64,000 nt of DNA from Candidatus Marinacidobacterales bacterium (GTDB lineage Bacteria; Acidobacteriota; Vicinamibacteria; Marinacidobacterales; SMYC01), in assembly GCA_965237955.1 (NCBI GenBank), contig OZ250169.1, positions 3,520,001 through 3,584,000 on the forward strand, given 5' to 3'. Positions 1 through 11,729 of this stretch are shown here, piece after piece. The translations under genes and the position numbers were made by a program. Under the pieces are notes generated by a model. The model saw nothing but the letters and a program-made list of their open reading frames with translations, was not told the DNA's origin and ran no database searches. The first letter of the stretch is position 1, and every line of letters begins with the position of its first letter.

Positions 1-2
1 CC

Positions 3-110
3 GTGTGCTTCTCGACGCGGCTGGGTCTCAATCCGAGCACGCTCAGGTCTCGAATGGAGAATCTCGGGCTCAAGAAGCCCAATCGAGCCTGCCGAAAAAC
101 GTCTTCCTAA
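3..110 (+). CDS. 3' end of a Fis-type HTH protein (probably a sigma-54 activator), cut by the window edge
   Basis: Manual translation ...RLGLNPSTLRSRMENLGLKK* resembles the NtrC-family C-terminal HTH, and the end of the convergent gene at 590 (LGINASTLRSRL). Confidence 0.6.
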   Translation: MCFSTRLGLNPSTLRSRMENLGLKKPNRACRKTSS

Positions 111-135
111 CTTGCGGTGTCCCCCGGCTTTTTTT

Positions 136-603
136 CTAGCAGTGCGGTGCACTCTCGTAGCAAAACCCCCCGGGCAAAACCCCCCGGGCAATGGATGGCG
201 GGGCGCTAAAGCCCGGGATGCCGGGTTCAGTAAGGATTGGATGATTGGAGCTTACCCCTCCGAGCGAACCGGTGGGTGCCCCGATCACGACGCGCTCGAT
301 CGAAACGCGACGAATTGCGTAAGAGCAGAGAACGCACGGCTCCACGCTCGTGTACAACGTGCATCCACTCAGATCGAGCACGCCCTCGGCGCGTGACGCC
401 CGGCGGATGGCGACGACCTCCGCGTGCGCGGTCACGTCCAGAGTGGCGTTCACCTCTTCGCCGGCTTGGGCCACGACTCGAGAGTCACGTACGACGATAG
501 CGCCGACCGGCGCTTCACCCGCTCGAGCCGCGGTACGGCCGATCTCGATACATTGCCGTATGTAACTCTCGTCGAGCTCGGTTGCGCGATCACCGGCCAT
601 CAT
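136..603 (-). CDS. Zn-dependent nucleoside/tRNA adenosine deaminase-family protein (TadA-like)
   Basis: PVGAIVV, TAHAE and LYTSVEPCVLC deaminase motifs. A 14-bp tandem duplication at ~160-190 may have altered the C-terminus. Confidence 0.85.
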   Translation of the reverse strand: MMAGDRATELDESYIRQCIEIGRTAARAGEAPVGAIVVRDSRVVAQAGEEVNATLDVTAHAEVVAIRRASRAEGVLDLSGCTLYTSVEPCVLCSYAIRRVSIERVVIGAPTGSLGGVSSNHPILTEPGIPGFSAPPSIARGVLPGGFCYESAPHC

Positions 604-2015
604 CAGGCTCCTTGGAGTAGGCCGACCGGCGTGCGGCCTCGATTCCCATGGCTTTGAGGCGGGACCTCAGCGTCGACGCGTTGATGCCGAGGAGCTCCGC
701 TGCGCCACCAGCACCGGAGATTCTCCACTGGGTCTGCTGCAAGGCTGCGATCAGATTCTCGCGTTCGATGCGTTTCAGTTGCTCGTACTCGAGGATTTCC
801 TTCCTTTGGTCGGGAGCAACCGAGGACGAGGGCGACTCACGACGCCGCGCTTTCGGCAAATCAAGCTGGAGCACGCCCGAGCGCGCCGTTATCACCGCCC
901 GCTCGATAACGTTCTGCAGTTCACGAACGTTTCCAGGCCAATCGTAGTTCTGCAACATCGCCACGTGACGCCGAGTGAGCTTGGAGGTGGGTACGCCCAA
1001 CCGATGGCAAGAAGTGTCGATACAGTTCGCCGCAAGCGCCGGGATGTCTTCCGTGCGCTCGCGGAGCGGGGCAATGGTGATCGGAAAGACGTTCAACCGG
1101 TAGTAAAGGTCTTCGCGAAAATGGCCACTCGAAACTCGCTCCTTCAAGTCTTGGTTCGTTGCCGCGATCGTGCGCACGTCCACTTTGCGAGTTTGCGTTT
1201 CTCCAACGCGCTCGAACGTTCCTTCCTGTAAAACCCGTAGCAGTTTGCTCTGGAGCTCCAATGGAATCTCCGCAACTTCATCGAGAAACAGGTAGCCCGG
1301 TCAGCGAGTTGGAAACGGCCAACGCGATCCTTGACCGCACCGGTAAACGCGCCCTTCACATGGCCGAAGAATTCGCTCTCGAACAATTCTCGTGGGATCG
1401 CCCCGCAGTTCACTTTGACCATGGGGCGTTTTCTCCGCGCGCTTCGCTCGTGTATGGCCCGGGCGAGCAACTCTTTTCCGGTCCCCGACTCCCCGGAAAG
1501 CAGAACGGAGCTGTCGGTAGGAGCGACGAGCTCGATTTGTTCGAGAACCCGCTCGAGCGCCAAGCTCTTGCCCACGATGCCACCGAAGCCGTGCGCGGTC
1601 CGGACTTCCTCCTGAAGATACTCGTTCTCGAGCTCGACCTGCTGCTTCAACCTCTCGATCTCTTCGAACGCGCGCGCGTTCGCGATGGCCGCTGCGGCGT
1701 GGTCGGCGAAGGCGCGTAACCACATGAACTCCTGCTCATCGATGAACGCCCGTCGGAAAACGCCCAGGACACCGAGGGTCTCGTTTCTGAACGTCAACGG
1801 GTGACCGGCGAAGCTCTTGATCCTTTCCTTTTTCAGCCAGTCCCCGCGTGCAAACCATTCACGATCGTCGGCGGTTTCGTGCAAGAGCTGTGAGTCTCCC
1901 GAGGCGCCGATGGAGCCGATGTGCCGAATCCCCAGGGGGAATCTTCGATACGACCCATCGGTTCTGAACCAGTCGGTGCCACTGTCCGGATCGACGGAGC
2001 TCGCCGCGCTCGCGA
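590..2015 (-). pseudogene. GAF + sigma-54-interaction + HTH activator (FhlA/HyfR-like), 5'-truncated by IS5 and frameshifted
   Basis: GESGTGKE, ESEFFGHVKGAFTGA, DLYYRLNV and WPGNVREL motifs are split over ORFs 1144-2028 and 590-1261. One base is missing near 1291 in the expected TLFLDE motif. Confidence 0.9.
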
Positions 2016-3102
2016 TGCCTTGGTGCACAACTCCGATAGAGGCCGAGAGCTCGCTTGGCCCCGACTCCCATCATCCGATCATCTCGCTATCAGGCATCCC
2101 GAGCGCCGTCATCGTGTTGAGAATCTTGCACCCGATCCTTGCCTCGACTCTCTGTGCCGCCAACCCTCTCGCTCGCATCGCTGAGCCCACGATAGCCTTG
2201 TAGCGATGGAACGTTGTCTCGACTTTGCTCCGTTTGCTGTAGCCCGATTCTGTGTGCCACTTTCGTTTGCCGAGCCGAGCTTGTGCTGCAATGTTGCGAT
2301 TGCGCTGTCGGCTGCTCGCCGGCCCCGATGCGAGCTGGGCGCCCTTGCGCGGCGGTATCAGCACCCTCGGCGAGCAATGAGCGCTGTGATTCTCGATTGC
2401 CTCATAGACGCCGCCGGCGTCGTATGCGGTGTCAGCTCTGGCCGATGAGATGGGACTGTCGATCTGTCCGACAAGCGATGCAACCCGCGATGAATCGCGG
2501 GCTCTTTTGTTCGTCAGCTCGCCGGCGACGACTTCGCCACTCTGCTCGTCGACACACAGATGGAGCTTGCGATAGTCCCTGCTCTTTGGTGCTCTGCGCA
2601 GCTGGCCGGCGTGGACAGCGAGACCGCTGCTGTCGATCAAGATGTGCAACGGCGTCTTCTGCTTGTCTTGGTAGAAGGGGACCTTACCCAGCTTCGCCTT
2701 GCGCCTCGAGATCGTGGTGTGATCGGGCACATCATTGTCTAGCTTCATCAGAGCGAACAACGATCGCAGCAATCCCTCGCTCTGCCTAGATGACAGATGA
2801 AACACCATGCCCAGGGTGACAGCCGTCTCGATGGCGTGGTTCGAGTACTTGCGTTGACGGCCCGGTTTCCTCCTCCTCGGCCGGGGCGCGTCCCAGTTCA
2901 CAAGCTTGCCGGCGGTGAGCGAGATCCAGACGGTCAGGCTCCCACGGTTGCGTAGACCCGCCTCATATTCACGCCAATTCCTCACGCGATAGGCCTTCTT
3001 CACATACTTCCGCTGAGTGCGTTTGAAAATGCTCATGGGGAACCTCGAATCCGTGAGTAAAGGATAATTGTGGACCGAGATCGCGAGTTGTGCACCAAGG
3101 CA
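2016..3102 (-). mobile_element. IS5-family (IS903-like) element, copy 1, 1087 bp; transposase 2071-3036
   Basis: Perfect 18-bp TIR TGCCTTGGTGCACAACTC. YRVRNWREYEAGLRNRGSLTVW N-terminus and DDE motifs (IDSSG, ADTAYD, YSKRSKVET). Near-identical copies elsewhere in the window. Confidence 0.95.
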
Positions 3103-3955
3103 TCGGCGCGCCGCCGAGGAGGATCATATCGAGGCTGCTGGTGTCGTAGGAGCCGACGTCCGGGAAGTTCGTCAGAAAGTTGATCATGGTTGGCACGAGA
3201 ATCGTCTTGGTCACTCGGTGCGTTTGAATCGCCTCGAGCGTCCCCGCGGGCGTGAACTGGCCGAGAAAGACGTGCGTCCCCCCGACCATTGTGACCGAGT
3301 AGCAAGCCCACGCGTCCGCCAGGTGGAACATGGGAGCAGCGTGAAGCCAGACATCGCGCTCTCGGAAGCCGGCGGTCATGACTACGTGCTGCGCATTGGA
3401 GACGACGTTTCTCTGGCTGAGCATCACGCCTTTCGGGAGACCGGTGGTGCCGCCCGTATAGCAGAGGTTCAGCATCTCGTTCTCGTCCCAGCTGCGAACG
3501 GAAGTTGAGAGTGGCTCGCTACCGGCGATGAGCTCCTCGTAGTTGACCATCCCGTCGACCCGCGCGTCATCGAGAAGAACGACATGCTCGATTCTCGGCG
3601 TCTTCTCGTGGAACTGCCGGTAGAGCTCGACGTACTCAGCCCCGACCAGGATTGCTTTGACGTCGCTATCGTTGAGGATGAACTCGAGCTCGTTTGCGGC
3701 TAGGCGGATGTTCAATGGTGCCAGTGGCATTCCAGCGATGTCCGCCACGAAATACGTTTCCCAGTAGCGGTGAGAGTTGTTCGCGAGGATGGCAATGTGA
3801 TCGCCGGGCTTCAACCCGAGCGAGAGCAGACCCGAAGCCAGACGGTGAACTCGCTCGTGTGCTTGCGCGTAGGTGAGCTCTAGATCTCCATCAACGAGCG
3901 CAGTCTTGGTGGGGTAGAGCTTGACCGCGTGACTCAGAATATCGCGTATCAGCAC
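3103..3955 (-). pseudogene. Long-chain acyl-CoA ligase (AMP-binding), N-terminal part truncated by IS5
   Basis: YTGGTTGLPKG AMP-binding motif, PMFH, GGAPM then IS sequence. GTG start after GAGGAG. Confidence 0.9.
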
Positions 3956-4159
3956 GGCCCTCCTCTTCGCGCCAGTGCGCCAGAACTTCACGACAGAAGC
4001 TATCACACACCGGTAGACCTATGGCTCCTCGTGGCGGTATTCGAAGTCCTGCCCGTGATAGGGCGCGGTTTTGCTGAAAATCAGCACGGAAAGATTGTCG
4101 GCTTGCGGCGCGAGCATGCGCAGAGCAGGAAACAAAGCATGGGTGTATCATAAGAGAAC

Positions 4160-6004
4160 ATGCGTCGCGGCTGCTGGTGGATCCTTTTCGCGCTCGTAGC
4201 GTGCGAGTCGAAGGAGATGGCGACGCTCTCCAAAGACGCGAAAGTGGACTCCCACCGGGCCCTGGTCGAAGATCTCGCCGCGCCGCGGCATCCATCCGAC
4301 GGCGGCGGTCGCGCTTGGCTCGAGCCCCAACCGAGCGAGCCCATCGTCATCACGGTCGGAAGCTTCAACCGATTCGAAGTGGTTTACGAGGCGGGCCCGC
4401 TCGGTGTCGCCGAGGGCGGCGTCGTGTTCTTGCAGCCGTCGCCATTTTGGGGATGGGATCCACCCCAGAATGCAATCGAGGAAGGCCCAGGGTACACCGA
4501 AGTAACGACCGAAGCTGCTGGAGTCGAGCTCGGGGTGACCACGCCTGGAGGGCTTCTCGCCGTCGAGATTCGCGGTCGGGCGCTCGAGGAAGGAGAGCGC
4601 CTCCGCTTCATCTATGGCGCGGGGACGCGCGGCGTTCGTGTCGATCGCTACGCGGAATCGAAGGCTCGCATTTGGGTTGCCGTGGACGGCGACGGCGACG
4701 GCGTCCGTACATTATTAAGAGATGTTCCCACCGTTGACATCGCTGCTGCACCGCCATCGCAGCTCGTGGTGACCGTGCCGAGCACGGCCAGGCCTGGTGA
4801 GAGGATCCTGGTGACGATCGCGGCGCTGGATGCGTTGGGAAACGCCGGCTCGCGCCTGACGACGCCGATCCAGATTGATGCTCCCGCCGGCCTCGAGCTT
4901 CCGGAAGAGCTCACCCTCTCAGAGCGAGGAGTTGCGCACGTCGACGCCGTCGTCGACGAGCCCGGCATCTATCGCGTGCACGCCACCGCCGGCAGCTTCG
5001 CGGCTTCCAGCAACCCGCTCGTCGTGCGCGAGGGGATTCCCCGAATCGTTTGGGGCGACCTCCATGGTCACTCGCAACTGTCGGACGGGACCGGTACCCC
5101 GGACGACTATTTTTGGTACGCGCGCGATGTCGCGGCGCTCGACATCATCTCGCTCACCGATCACGACCATTGGGGGATGCGTTTTCTCGACCAAAGTCCG
5201 GATTCGTGGGAAGCCATCCTCGACGCAGCACGCCGTTTCCACGAGGCGGGGCGTTTCGTCACGCTTCCCGGTTACGAGTGGACGAACTGGCTGCACGGCC
5301 ACCGTCACGTCTTGTATTTCGGCGACCACGCGGAGATTTTGAGCTCTCTCGACCCGGCCTACGAAACGCCTGCCAAGCTTTGGGAGGCACTTCGCGATCG
5401 AAGCGCGCTTACGCTTGCGCACCATTCGGCGGGCGGGCCAGTGTCCACGAACTGGGACTTCGTGCCGGACCCCGCGATCGAGCCGGTAACCGAGATCGTA
5501 TCGGTTCATGGGAGCAGCGAAGCAGCGGATTCGCCGGGGGCGATCTACAACGCCGTGCCCGGCAATTTCGTCCGCGACGTCCTCGACCGCGGACTGCAAT
5601 TCGGATTCATCGGAAGCGGAGACAGCCACGACGGCCATCCCGGTCTCGCACACCTCGGCGGGCCGAGCGGCGGTCTCGCGGCGATTTTCTCGGAGCATCT
5701 CACCCGCGAGGGTGTTCTCGAAGCGCTCAGAGCGCGCCGTGTTTACGCAACGAACGGCCCCCGCATCTGGTTGCGCGTCTGGCTCGAAGACGAGCTTCGC
5801 TTTGCGGTAGCGGGTACCGCACCCATCGAGCGTGTCGATGTCATCCGCAGCGGAAGGATGATCGAAAGCCTACGTGCGGAAGGGCGGCGCGAGTGGTCCG
5901 AGACATTGCCGTTCACTCCACTCGCGAGCGGCGAGTACGTCTACGTGCGCGTCGTCCAGATAGATGGCGGTGCTGCGTGGTCCAGTCCCTTCTTCGGGAA
6001 GTAG
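4160..6004 (+). CDS. Exported PHP-fold metallohydrolase (DUF3604/CehA-McbA-like), probable lipoprotein
   Basis: GDLHGHS, TDHD, GYEW, AHH and GSGDSH metal motifs; LVAC lipobox-like N-terminus. Confidence 0.8.
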   Translation: MRRGCWWILFALVACESKEMATLSKDAKVDSHRALVEDLAAPRHPSDGGGRAWLEPQPSEPIVITVGSFNRFEVVYEAGPLGVAEGGVVFLQPSPFWGWDPPQNAIEEGPGYTEVTTEAAGVELGVTTPGGLLAVEIRGRALEEGERLRFIYGAGTRGVRVDRYAESKARIWVAVDGDGDGVRTLLRDVPTVDIAAAPPSQLVVTVPSTARPGERILVTIAALDALGNAGSRLTTPIQIDAPAGLELPEELTLSERGVAHVDAVVDEPGIYRVHATAGSFAASSNPLVVREGIPRIVWGDLHGHSQLSDGTGTPDDYFWYARDVAALDIISLTDHDHWGMRFLDQSPDSWEAILDAARRFHEAGRFVTLPGYEWTNWLHGHRHVLYFGDHAEILSSLDPAYETPAKLWEALRDRSALTLAHHSAGGPVSTNWDFVPDPAIEPVTEIVSVHGSSEAADSPGAIYNAVPGNFVRDVLDRGLQFGFIGSGDSHDGHPGLAHLGGPSGGLAAIFSEHLTREGVLEALRARRVYATNGPRIWLRVWLEDELRFAVAGTAPIERVDVIRSGRMIESLRAEGRREWSETLPFTPLASGEYVYVRVVQIDGGAAWSSPFFGK

Positions 6005-6183
6005 ATTGGCCACCGAGCCACAGCGCAGCAAAGCCGCTACTAAGAATCCTTTTCTTTTCCAGAAAAGAAGCTTTTGCATCCTAGTAGTACAGAGGTTCGG
6101 ACGCACCGCTGGTAGCGCAGCAGTCCGCGCTATGGTGGTTCAAATTTGCTTCCGTGATTATTCTGTTAGTATCCATCGTCGTT

Positions 6184-7497
6184 ATGCACACGTATTTTTC
6201 GATTTTGGCTGTCTTCGCGATTGCGGGAACGGCTTCCGCCCAGACCTCGTATCTACACCGCGTGGTCCGGGTGAGCCCGAGTGACGCGGCCTCGCCGGCG
6301 GAAGTGTCGGTCGCGATCAACCCCGCGCGACCCGAAAACATCATCGCGGTGTCGCTACAAGCGATGGGTCCAGGGACGGATTTCGCCTACGTCAGCTTCG
6401 ACGGCGGCACCACCTGGGCTAGTGTCCAGGGTCCGAATCCCCATGGGCGCACACAGGGTGACGACGCCGTGGTTTTCGATGACGACGGCCGGCCGTTCTG
6501 GTCCTACATCTCATATTCTGGTCTCCGCGTCGACAAACCCGATGACGCTGCCAACGGGATCTTCGTCAATCGATCGGACGATGGGGGCCGCACCTGGAGC
6601 GAGCCGGCTACCGTTGTCGACCACCTCAACACGGTAGAGCCGTTCGAAGACAAACCGTTCCTCACCACCGGACCCGACGGCCGTGTCTACGTGGCGTGGA
6701 CGCGCTTCACGAAGTACGGAACGCCCGATCCGGCCGAGACCAGCCATATCATTTTTTCGCTTTCGGAGGACGCCGGTGAAAGCTTCGCGATGCCGTTCCG
6801 GGTCTCGGAAGAGCCGGGCGACGCGGTCGATAGCGACGGCACGCTCGAAGGGGTCGTGCCGGTGGTGGGTGTCGAGGGTGAGGTGTATCTCGTTTGGTCC
6901 GGACCGAAAGGACTCGTGCTCGACAAGTCGACGGACGGAGGCTGGACGTTCGGTGACGATCGCGTCATCGGCCCGCATCCGGGTGGCTGGGACCTCGAGA
7001 TCGACGGGCTCGCCCGAACCAACGGGTTTCCGGTGACTGGAGTGGATCAGAGCGGTGGGCCTTTTCGCGGCGCGCTCTACGTGAACTGGGTCGACGACCG
7101 GCATGGCGATCCCGACGTGTTCGTCCTGCGCTTGGACGATGGCGGTGATAGTTGGACGTCACCGGTGCGCGTGAACTCGGACGCGGGAAGCCGCGCCGTG
7201 CAGTTTTTCACGTGGATGGCGGTCGACTCGGTCGACGGTTCGGTGAACATCGCATACTACGATCGCAGCGGGCTCGAAGGGACGCAGACAGGCGTGACGT
7301 TCGCACGGAGCACCGATGGCGGCTCACATTTCGAGACCGTACCCATCGCCATCGATGCGTTCGAGACCTCTCCCGACGTTTTCTTCGGTGATTACCTTGG
7401 TATCGATGCGTATGGCGGCAGGGCCGTCGTCGTCTTCCAGCATTTCACGAGCTCGTCAACGCTGGCTCTTTCTGCAGCACTCTTCCGTTTCCAATAG
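6184..7497 (+). CDS. Secreted sialidase-like beta-propeller with BNR/Asp-box repeats
   Basis: Signal peptide and six Asp-boxes (SFDGGTTW, SDDGGRTW, SEDAGESF, STDGGWTF, LDDGGDSW, STDGGSHF). Start may be 6154 or 6184. Confidence 0.85.
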   Translation: MHTYFSILAVFAIAGTASAQTSYLHRVVRVSPSDAASPAEVSVAINPARPENIIAVSLQAMGPGTDFAYVSFDGGTTWASVQGPNPHGRTQGDDAVVFDDDGRPFWSYISYSGLRVDKPDDAANGIFVNRSDDGGRTWSEPATVVDHLNTVEPFEDKPFLTTGPDGRVYVAWTRFTKYGTPDPAETSHIIFSLSEDAGESFAMPFRVSEEPGDAVDSDGTLEGVVPVVGVEGEVYLVWSGPKGLVLDKSTDGGWTFGDDRVIGPHPGGWDLEIDGLARTNGFPVTGVDQSGGPFRGALYVNWVDDRHGDPDVFVLRLDDGGDSWTSPVRVNSDAGSRAVQFFTWMAVDSVDGSVNIAYYDRSGLEGTQTGVTFARSTDGGSHFETVPIAIDAFETSPDVFFGDYLGIDAYGGRAVVVFQHFTSSSTLALSAALFRFQ

Positions 7498-7526
7498 ACG
7501 CGCGGATTTCGAACGAGGAGGCGATC

Positions 7527-7664
7527 ATGCGATGGACGAGGCGGGGACGAAACGCCAATCTCGAGGATCGGCGCGGACGGCGAGTGTCCCGAGGTCGTAC
7601 CGTGAACAGTCGTCATCATGTCGTTGAAACAGCAAGGGGTTCAAAAGATCCGAGAGCTTCGTGA
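7527..7664 (+). pseudogene. N-terminal remnant of a YpfJ-like neutral zinc metallopeptidase
   Basis: GAGGAGG RBS, then MRWTRRGRNANLEDRRG typical of that family's start; similarity is lost after ~20 codons. Confidence 0.5.
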
Positions 7665-7824
7665 GGCAGGTGTTGACCGAACCTGCGGAACTCAGCTCGG
7701 TGGAACGATTGCTTCTCGAGGCGGCTTTTTTCCTTGGCGCGGTTCCCGCGGAACCTCCGGCGGCGGAGGATCTCGAGTGAGCCGCGTCGTATGCCTGACC
7801 CTTCACATGTGGTAGTTAGTAACA

Positions 7825-8685
7825 ATGATGCGTTCTCTATTTCTATTGCTGTTCACGTTGTGTTGTGTTCTCCCGGCCTCAGCGCAGGAAGCTGAGGACG
7901 AGGAGGAAGAGAAAAAACTCGGATGGTCGAACGTCGCCGACGTGGGCTTGGTGGTGACGGCCGGGAACTCCTCGACCTCGACGTTCTCCTTCGATGACAA
8001 ACTCACCTATGCGTGGGAGGGTGCTGATTTCATCTTTCGTGCCGGGGCGCTGCGAGTACGAACGACGGATGACCCGTTTGCCGTGGGGACTCCTGAGGAT
8101 TTCGAGGTCATCGAGGATCTCACCCGCGAGCTGGACACGGAGCACTACTACTTCAACGGCAACTACCAAAAAAACATCACCGACCGTTTTTTCTGGCTCG
8201 CCGGCGGCGGATGGGACAAGGACACGAACGCGGGCATCGAGAACCGTACCGTAATCTTCGGAGGTATCGGTAACACCTGGAAGGACACGGAGCGTACGCT
8301 GTTCAAAACCGACTACACGGTTACGTTCACGCGCCGTATCGACGAAATCCCGGATCCCGAGCGCGATGAAAGATTCTCCGAGCTGCGCCTCGGATGGGAC
8401 TACCGGCAGCAGCTCGCCGCCCACACCAAGTTCGACAGCGATTTGGTCTTTTTCGCCACGATCTCGGATTTCAGCGACAACCGGTTCGTGACCATTAACT
8501 CCGTGACCACCAATATGACGGACAGGTTCGCCTTGAGATTCAGCCTGAAGCTCCGCTATCAGAATATCCCGGCCTTCGAGGAGATCGATCTCGAGACACC
8601 CGAGGGGCTTCCGATTGGCGAGGTCGTGATCCGCAAGAAGAAGCTCGACACCGTGGTGAAGTTCTCTTTCGTGGTCACTCTATGA
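7825..8685 (+). CDS. DUF481 (YdiY-like) outer-membrane beta-barrel protein
   Basis: Signal peptide, GWS...GLVVTAGNSST start, alternating beta-strand pattern. Confidence 0.75.
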   Translation: MMRSLFLLLFTLCCVLPASAQEAEDEEEEKKLGWSNVADVGLVVTAGNSSTSTFSFDDKLTYAWEGADFIFRAGALRVRTTDDPFAVGTPEDFEVIEDLTRELDTEHYYFNGNYQKNITDRFFWLAGGGWDKDTNAGIENRTVIFGGIGNTWKDTERTLFKTDYTVTFTRRIDEIPDPERDERFSELRLGWDYRQQLAAHTKFDSDLVFFATISDFSDNRFVTINSVTTNMTDRFALRFSLKLRYQNIPAFEEIDLETPEGLPIGEVVIRKKKLDTVVKFSFVVTL

Positions 8686-8959
8686 AAAAAATAGCGTGCG
8701 CTTCAGTTCCCCGGCGCCCACGGAGGAGGGCGTCTCCTGGCGGTGGCAAGAGGCCTCGTTGAAGACTGTATTCTTTTCGTTTTTACGGCATACGGTTGGT
8801 TCGCGTTGAGCGCGAGGTTCACCGCACCCAAACGAAGGAGCGCGTCGACGGTGGCGTCGAGAGAGGGTTCACGGCCACAGCCGAAGCTGAGCGTGACGAT
8901 ACCGAGAATGGAACCGATCGTGCGTCTAGCCATGGCGGGGACGGTATCACTAGAGGACG

Positions 8960-9037
8960 CCGTGCCCGTGCCCGATCAAAACCAGTTGACGAAGATGGTG
9001 GGCCCGCGAGACGGACCGGGCTCGGGCTCGGGCACGG
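8960..9037. repeat. REP-like inverted repeat built of GTGCCC hexamers, just downstream of the kinase stop
   Basis: CCGTGCCCGTGCCCGA (8960-8975) pairs with TCGGGCTCGGGCACGG (9022-9037), 15/16. Confidence 0.55.
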
Positions 9038-9044
9038 GGCTTGT

Positions 9045-11722
9045 TCAACTCTCCTGCGAGGCGCTGACGCCCTCGAGGACGGTGGCGATTTTTCCCAGCA
9101 GGGTGCGCGCCCGATACGGTTTTTGCAAGAACGCGACCCCTTCCATTGCTTTCAACTCAGCGACGGTATCTTGGCCGTCGTACCCGCTCGTCAAGATGAC
9201 ACGGGCATCGCCATCGATAGCTCGAATCTCGCGGAGCGCCTCGGCGCCGCTCATTCCCGGCATGGTCATATCGAGGATGATGACAACGATGTCAGTGCCG
9301 TCCGAGCGATAGAGCTCGACCGCCTCCACACCGGTGGACGCCTCGACCACGGAGAATCCTGCAGTTTCGAGGAGATCCCTTGCCATGGTGCGCACCATGG
9401 GCTCATCGTCGACCACGAGAATGTTGCCGCCTCCTTTGACTGCTTCCTCCGTCAGGACGGTGGCGTTTTCGACGGGCGTCTCTTGCCCGGCTGGAAATCG
9501 CACTTCGAAAATCGACCCTTCGCCTCGTGCGCTGGTGACCGTAAGCTCGCCCTCTGCGCTTCCGACGATGCCCTGCACCGCCGCGAGCCCCAGCCCACGC
9601 CCCGGTCCCTTCGTCGAGAAGAACGGATCGAAAATACGCTCTCGTGTCTTTTCGTCCATGCCGACCCCGCTATCCGACACGACGAGCCACACCGTGGCCG
9701 GCGAGTCACTTCGATTCGTCCGCACGATAACCGAGCCCGGTCGTTCACCGACGGCCTCGGCGGCGTTCGTCGCGAGGTTCATGACGAGCTGGCTTATCTG
9801 GGTTCGATTGGCTTGGATGAAAGTGGGTCGAGGCGTCAGCTCCAAGCAAAAGTCGATCTTTTTCGGAATCGACGCACGCACCAGCTCCGTCATTTCTTGA
9901 ACGACCGCGTTGAGGTCGAGGACCTCTTGGTGAAAGCTCGCCTTGCCGGCGTAGGCGAGCATTTGATGGGTGAGATTCGACGCCTGCTGGGTGGCGGTCA
10001 CCACTTTCTCGAGATAGGGTCTTGCTCGCGAGCCGCCCGCCGTGAACTTCATCGCGAGCTCGGTGTTGCCAAGGAGGCTCGTCAAGATGTTGTTGAAATC
10101 GTGCGCGATCCCGCCCGCTATGAGCCCGAGGCTTTCGAGCTTTTGTGCGTGCTGCACCTGCGCTTCAAGATGTTGATGGGCCTCTTGTGCCCGTTTCACG
10201 TCCGTCAGGTCCGTTCCCACCACGCCGATACCGTAAGGCTCGTCGGGCTTCGCGCCTAGAGGAAACGCGACCAGGAAGTACGTCTTGTGACCGGTGTCGA
10301 TGGCAAACGTCAGCTCGCGCTCGACGACTCGGCGTTCCGCCCACGCGGTTCTCGTCGTTTCCAGATACGCTTCCGCGACATCCGTCGGAAGCAGCGTCCG
10401 AGGCGATTGGCCGAGAGCCTCCGCTTGCGGGACTCCGAGCACATGTTCGAAGCTTTTGTTGAGAAGAAGATACCGATCCTCCGGATCCGTCACCGCGATG
10501 AGTGTCGTCGAGTTGTCGATGATGGCCTGGAGAAGATTCTGGCTCTTCTCGAGTGCTACGACACTTCGACTCGTCGTTTCTACGTGCTCGTTGAGATCGG
10601 CGTAGAGGTGGCGCAGCCGTGTAGTCATGTCGTTGAACGCGGTCGCGAGCAGCCCCACCTCGTCCGACGTCAGTACGGGAGCGACGGTGGTGAAGTCTCC
10701 ATCAGCGACCGCCGTCGCGGCCTTGGTAATCTCGAGGACGGGACGCGCAATTTGACGAGCGATGAAGTAGACCCCTCCCGCGAGCATGAGCGCTGAGAAC
10801 AGGCCGATTCCGAGGATGGACACGACCAGCCGGCGTGCGGGCGCAAACGCCTCCGCCTGTCCCATTTCTACGAGAAGCGCGAGCTCCCGCGCGGCGTTCC
10901 ACCGGTAAGCGCCGATCACCGGGGTCCCGGCGTAGTTTGCGTAGACGCCGACCCCGTGCTCGCCCGAAAGGGCCGCATCGATACCGGCGCTGAACACACC
11001 CCGGCGAAACTCTTCGCGCCCGAAGCGCGCCGAGCTCACGAAGTCGTTGAACAGGCTCACCAGATACGCTTCTCCGGTCTCACCGAGTCGGTCCGCGGTG
11101 AGCCGGTCGATGTAGGCGAGATCGAGATCGCCGGCGACAACCGCGATCGTCCGTCCGGCGTCGTCTTTCACCGGGGTAGCGATAGTAGCGGCGGGTCTTC
11201 CGGTGATAGGCGACATGTAGACGTTCTGTATGAACGTAGCCTTCTTGCCGAGCGTGTAAAAGAGCTCACTGGCGCGGTAACCTCCAAGATGGCTTTCATC
11301 GGTCGAGACCAGGACCTCACCGCCTACTGGCGAGAGCAGGCACAGCGCTTCGAGGTCGGAGCGAGAACCGATGGCCGAGAGCAACAGTGCTCTCCGATAC
11401 GCGCCCTCGCCTCGTGCGACCCGTCCTCGGCGAGGAGCGCAGCGTCATGGCGCATCTGTGGCAGATCGGCAAGAAACACGATGAGCTCTCGCTGTAGGTC
11501 AACCCAGCGATTCAGCTCGCCTTCTTTCTGGAGCGCGACCGTTTCCAGCCGGTCCGCGATGGCTTCACGCAACGCGTGGCGCGCTTCGGAAAAAGCGACG
11601 AGGGCGACGAAAACGACGGTGAGAACCGAGACGGTAAGGAAAGAGCCGACGAGGCGAGCCATGAGACTTCGCTCTGGTCGCAGCGATTCCGGAAGAATCG
11701 AAAGGAGGTTTTTGAGTCTCAT
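9045..11722 (-). CDS. Hybrid sensor histidine kinase (TM-Cache-TM-HAMP-PAS-HisKA-HATPase-REC), frameshifted near 11390
   Basis: GGIAHDFNN H-box, NLATNA, DSGVGM, FFSTK-GRGLGL, VVDDE and LDMTMP receiver motifs. The first TM helix is in ORF 11324-11791. Confidence 0.9.
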
Positions 11723-11729
11723 CAGCCGG

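Noticed and set aside
8796-10259. Long antisense and alternate-frame ORFs (e.g. 8796-10259, 26010-27584, 38919-40319, 62017-63261)
   Set aside because: Shadows of real genes in GC-rich DNA, or read-through across IS junctions; no independent motifs except the sulfatase tail at 27285-27584.
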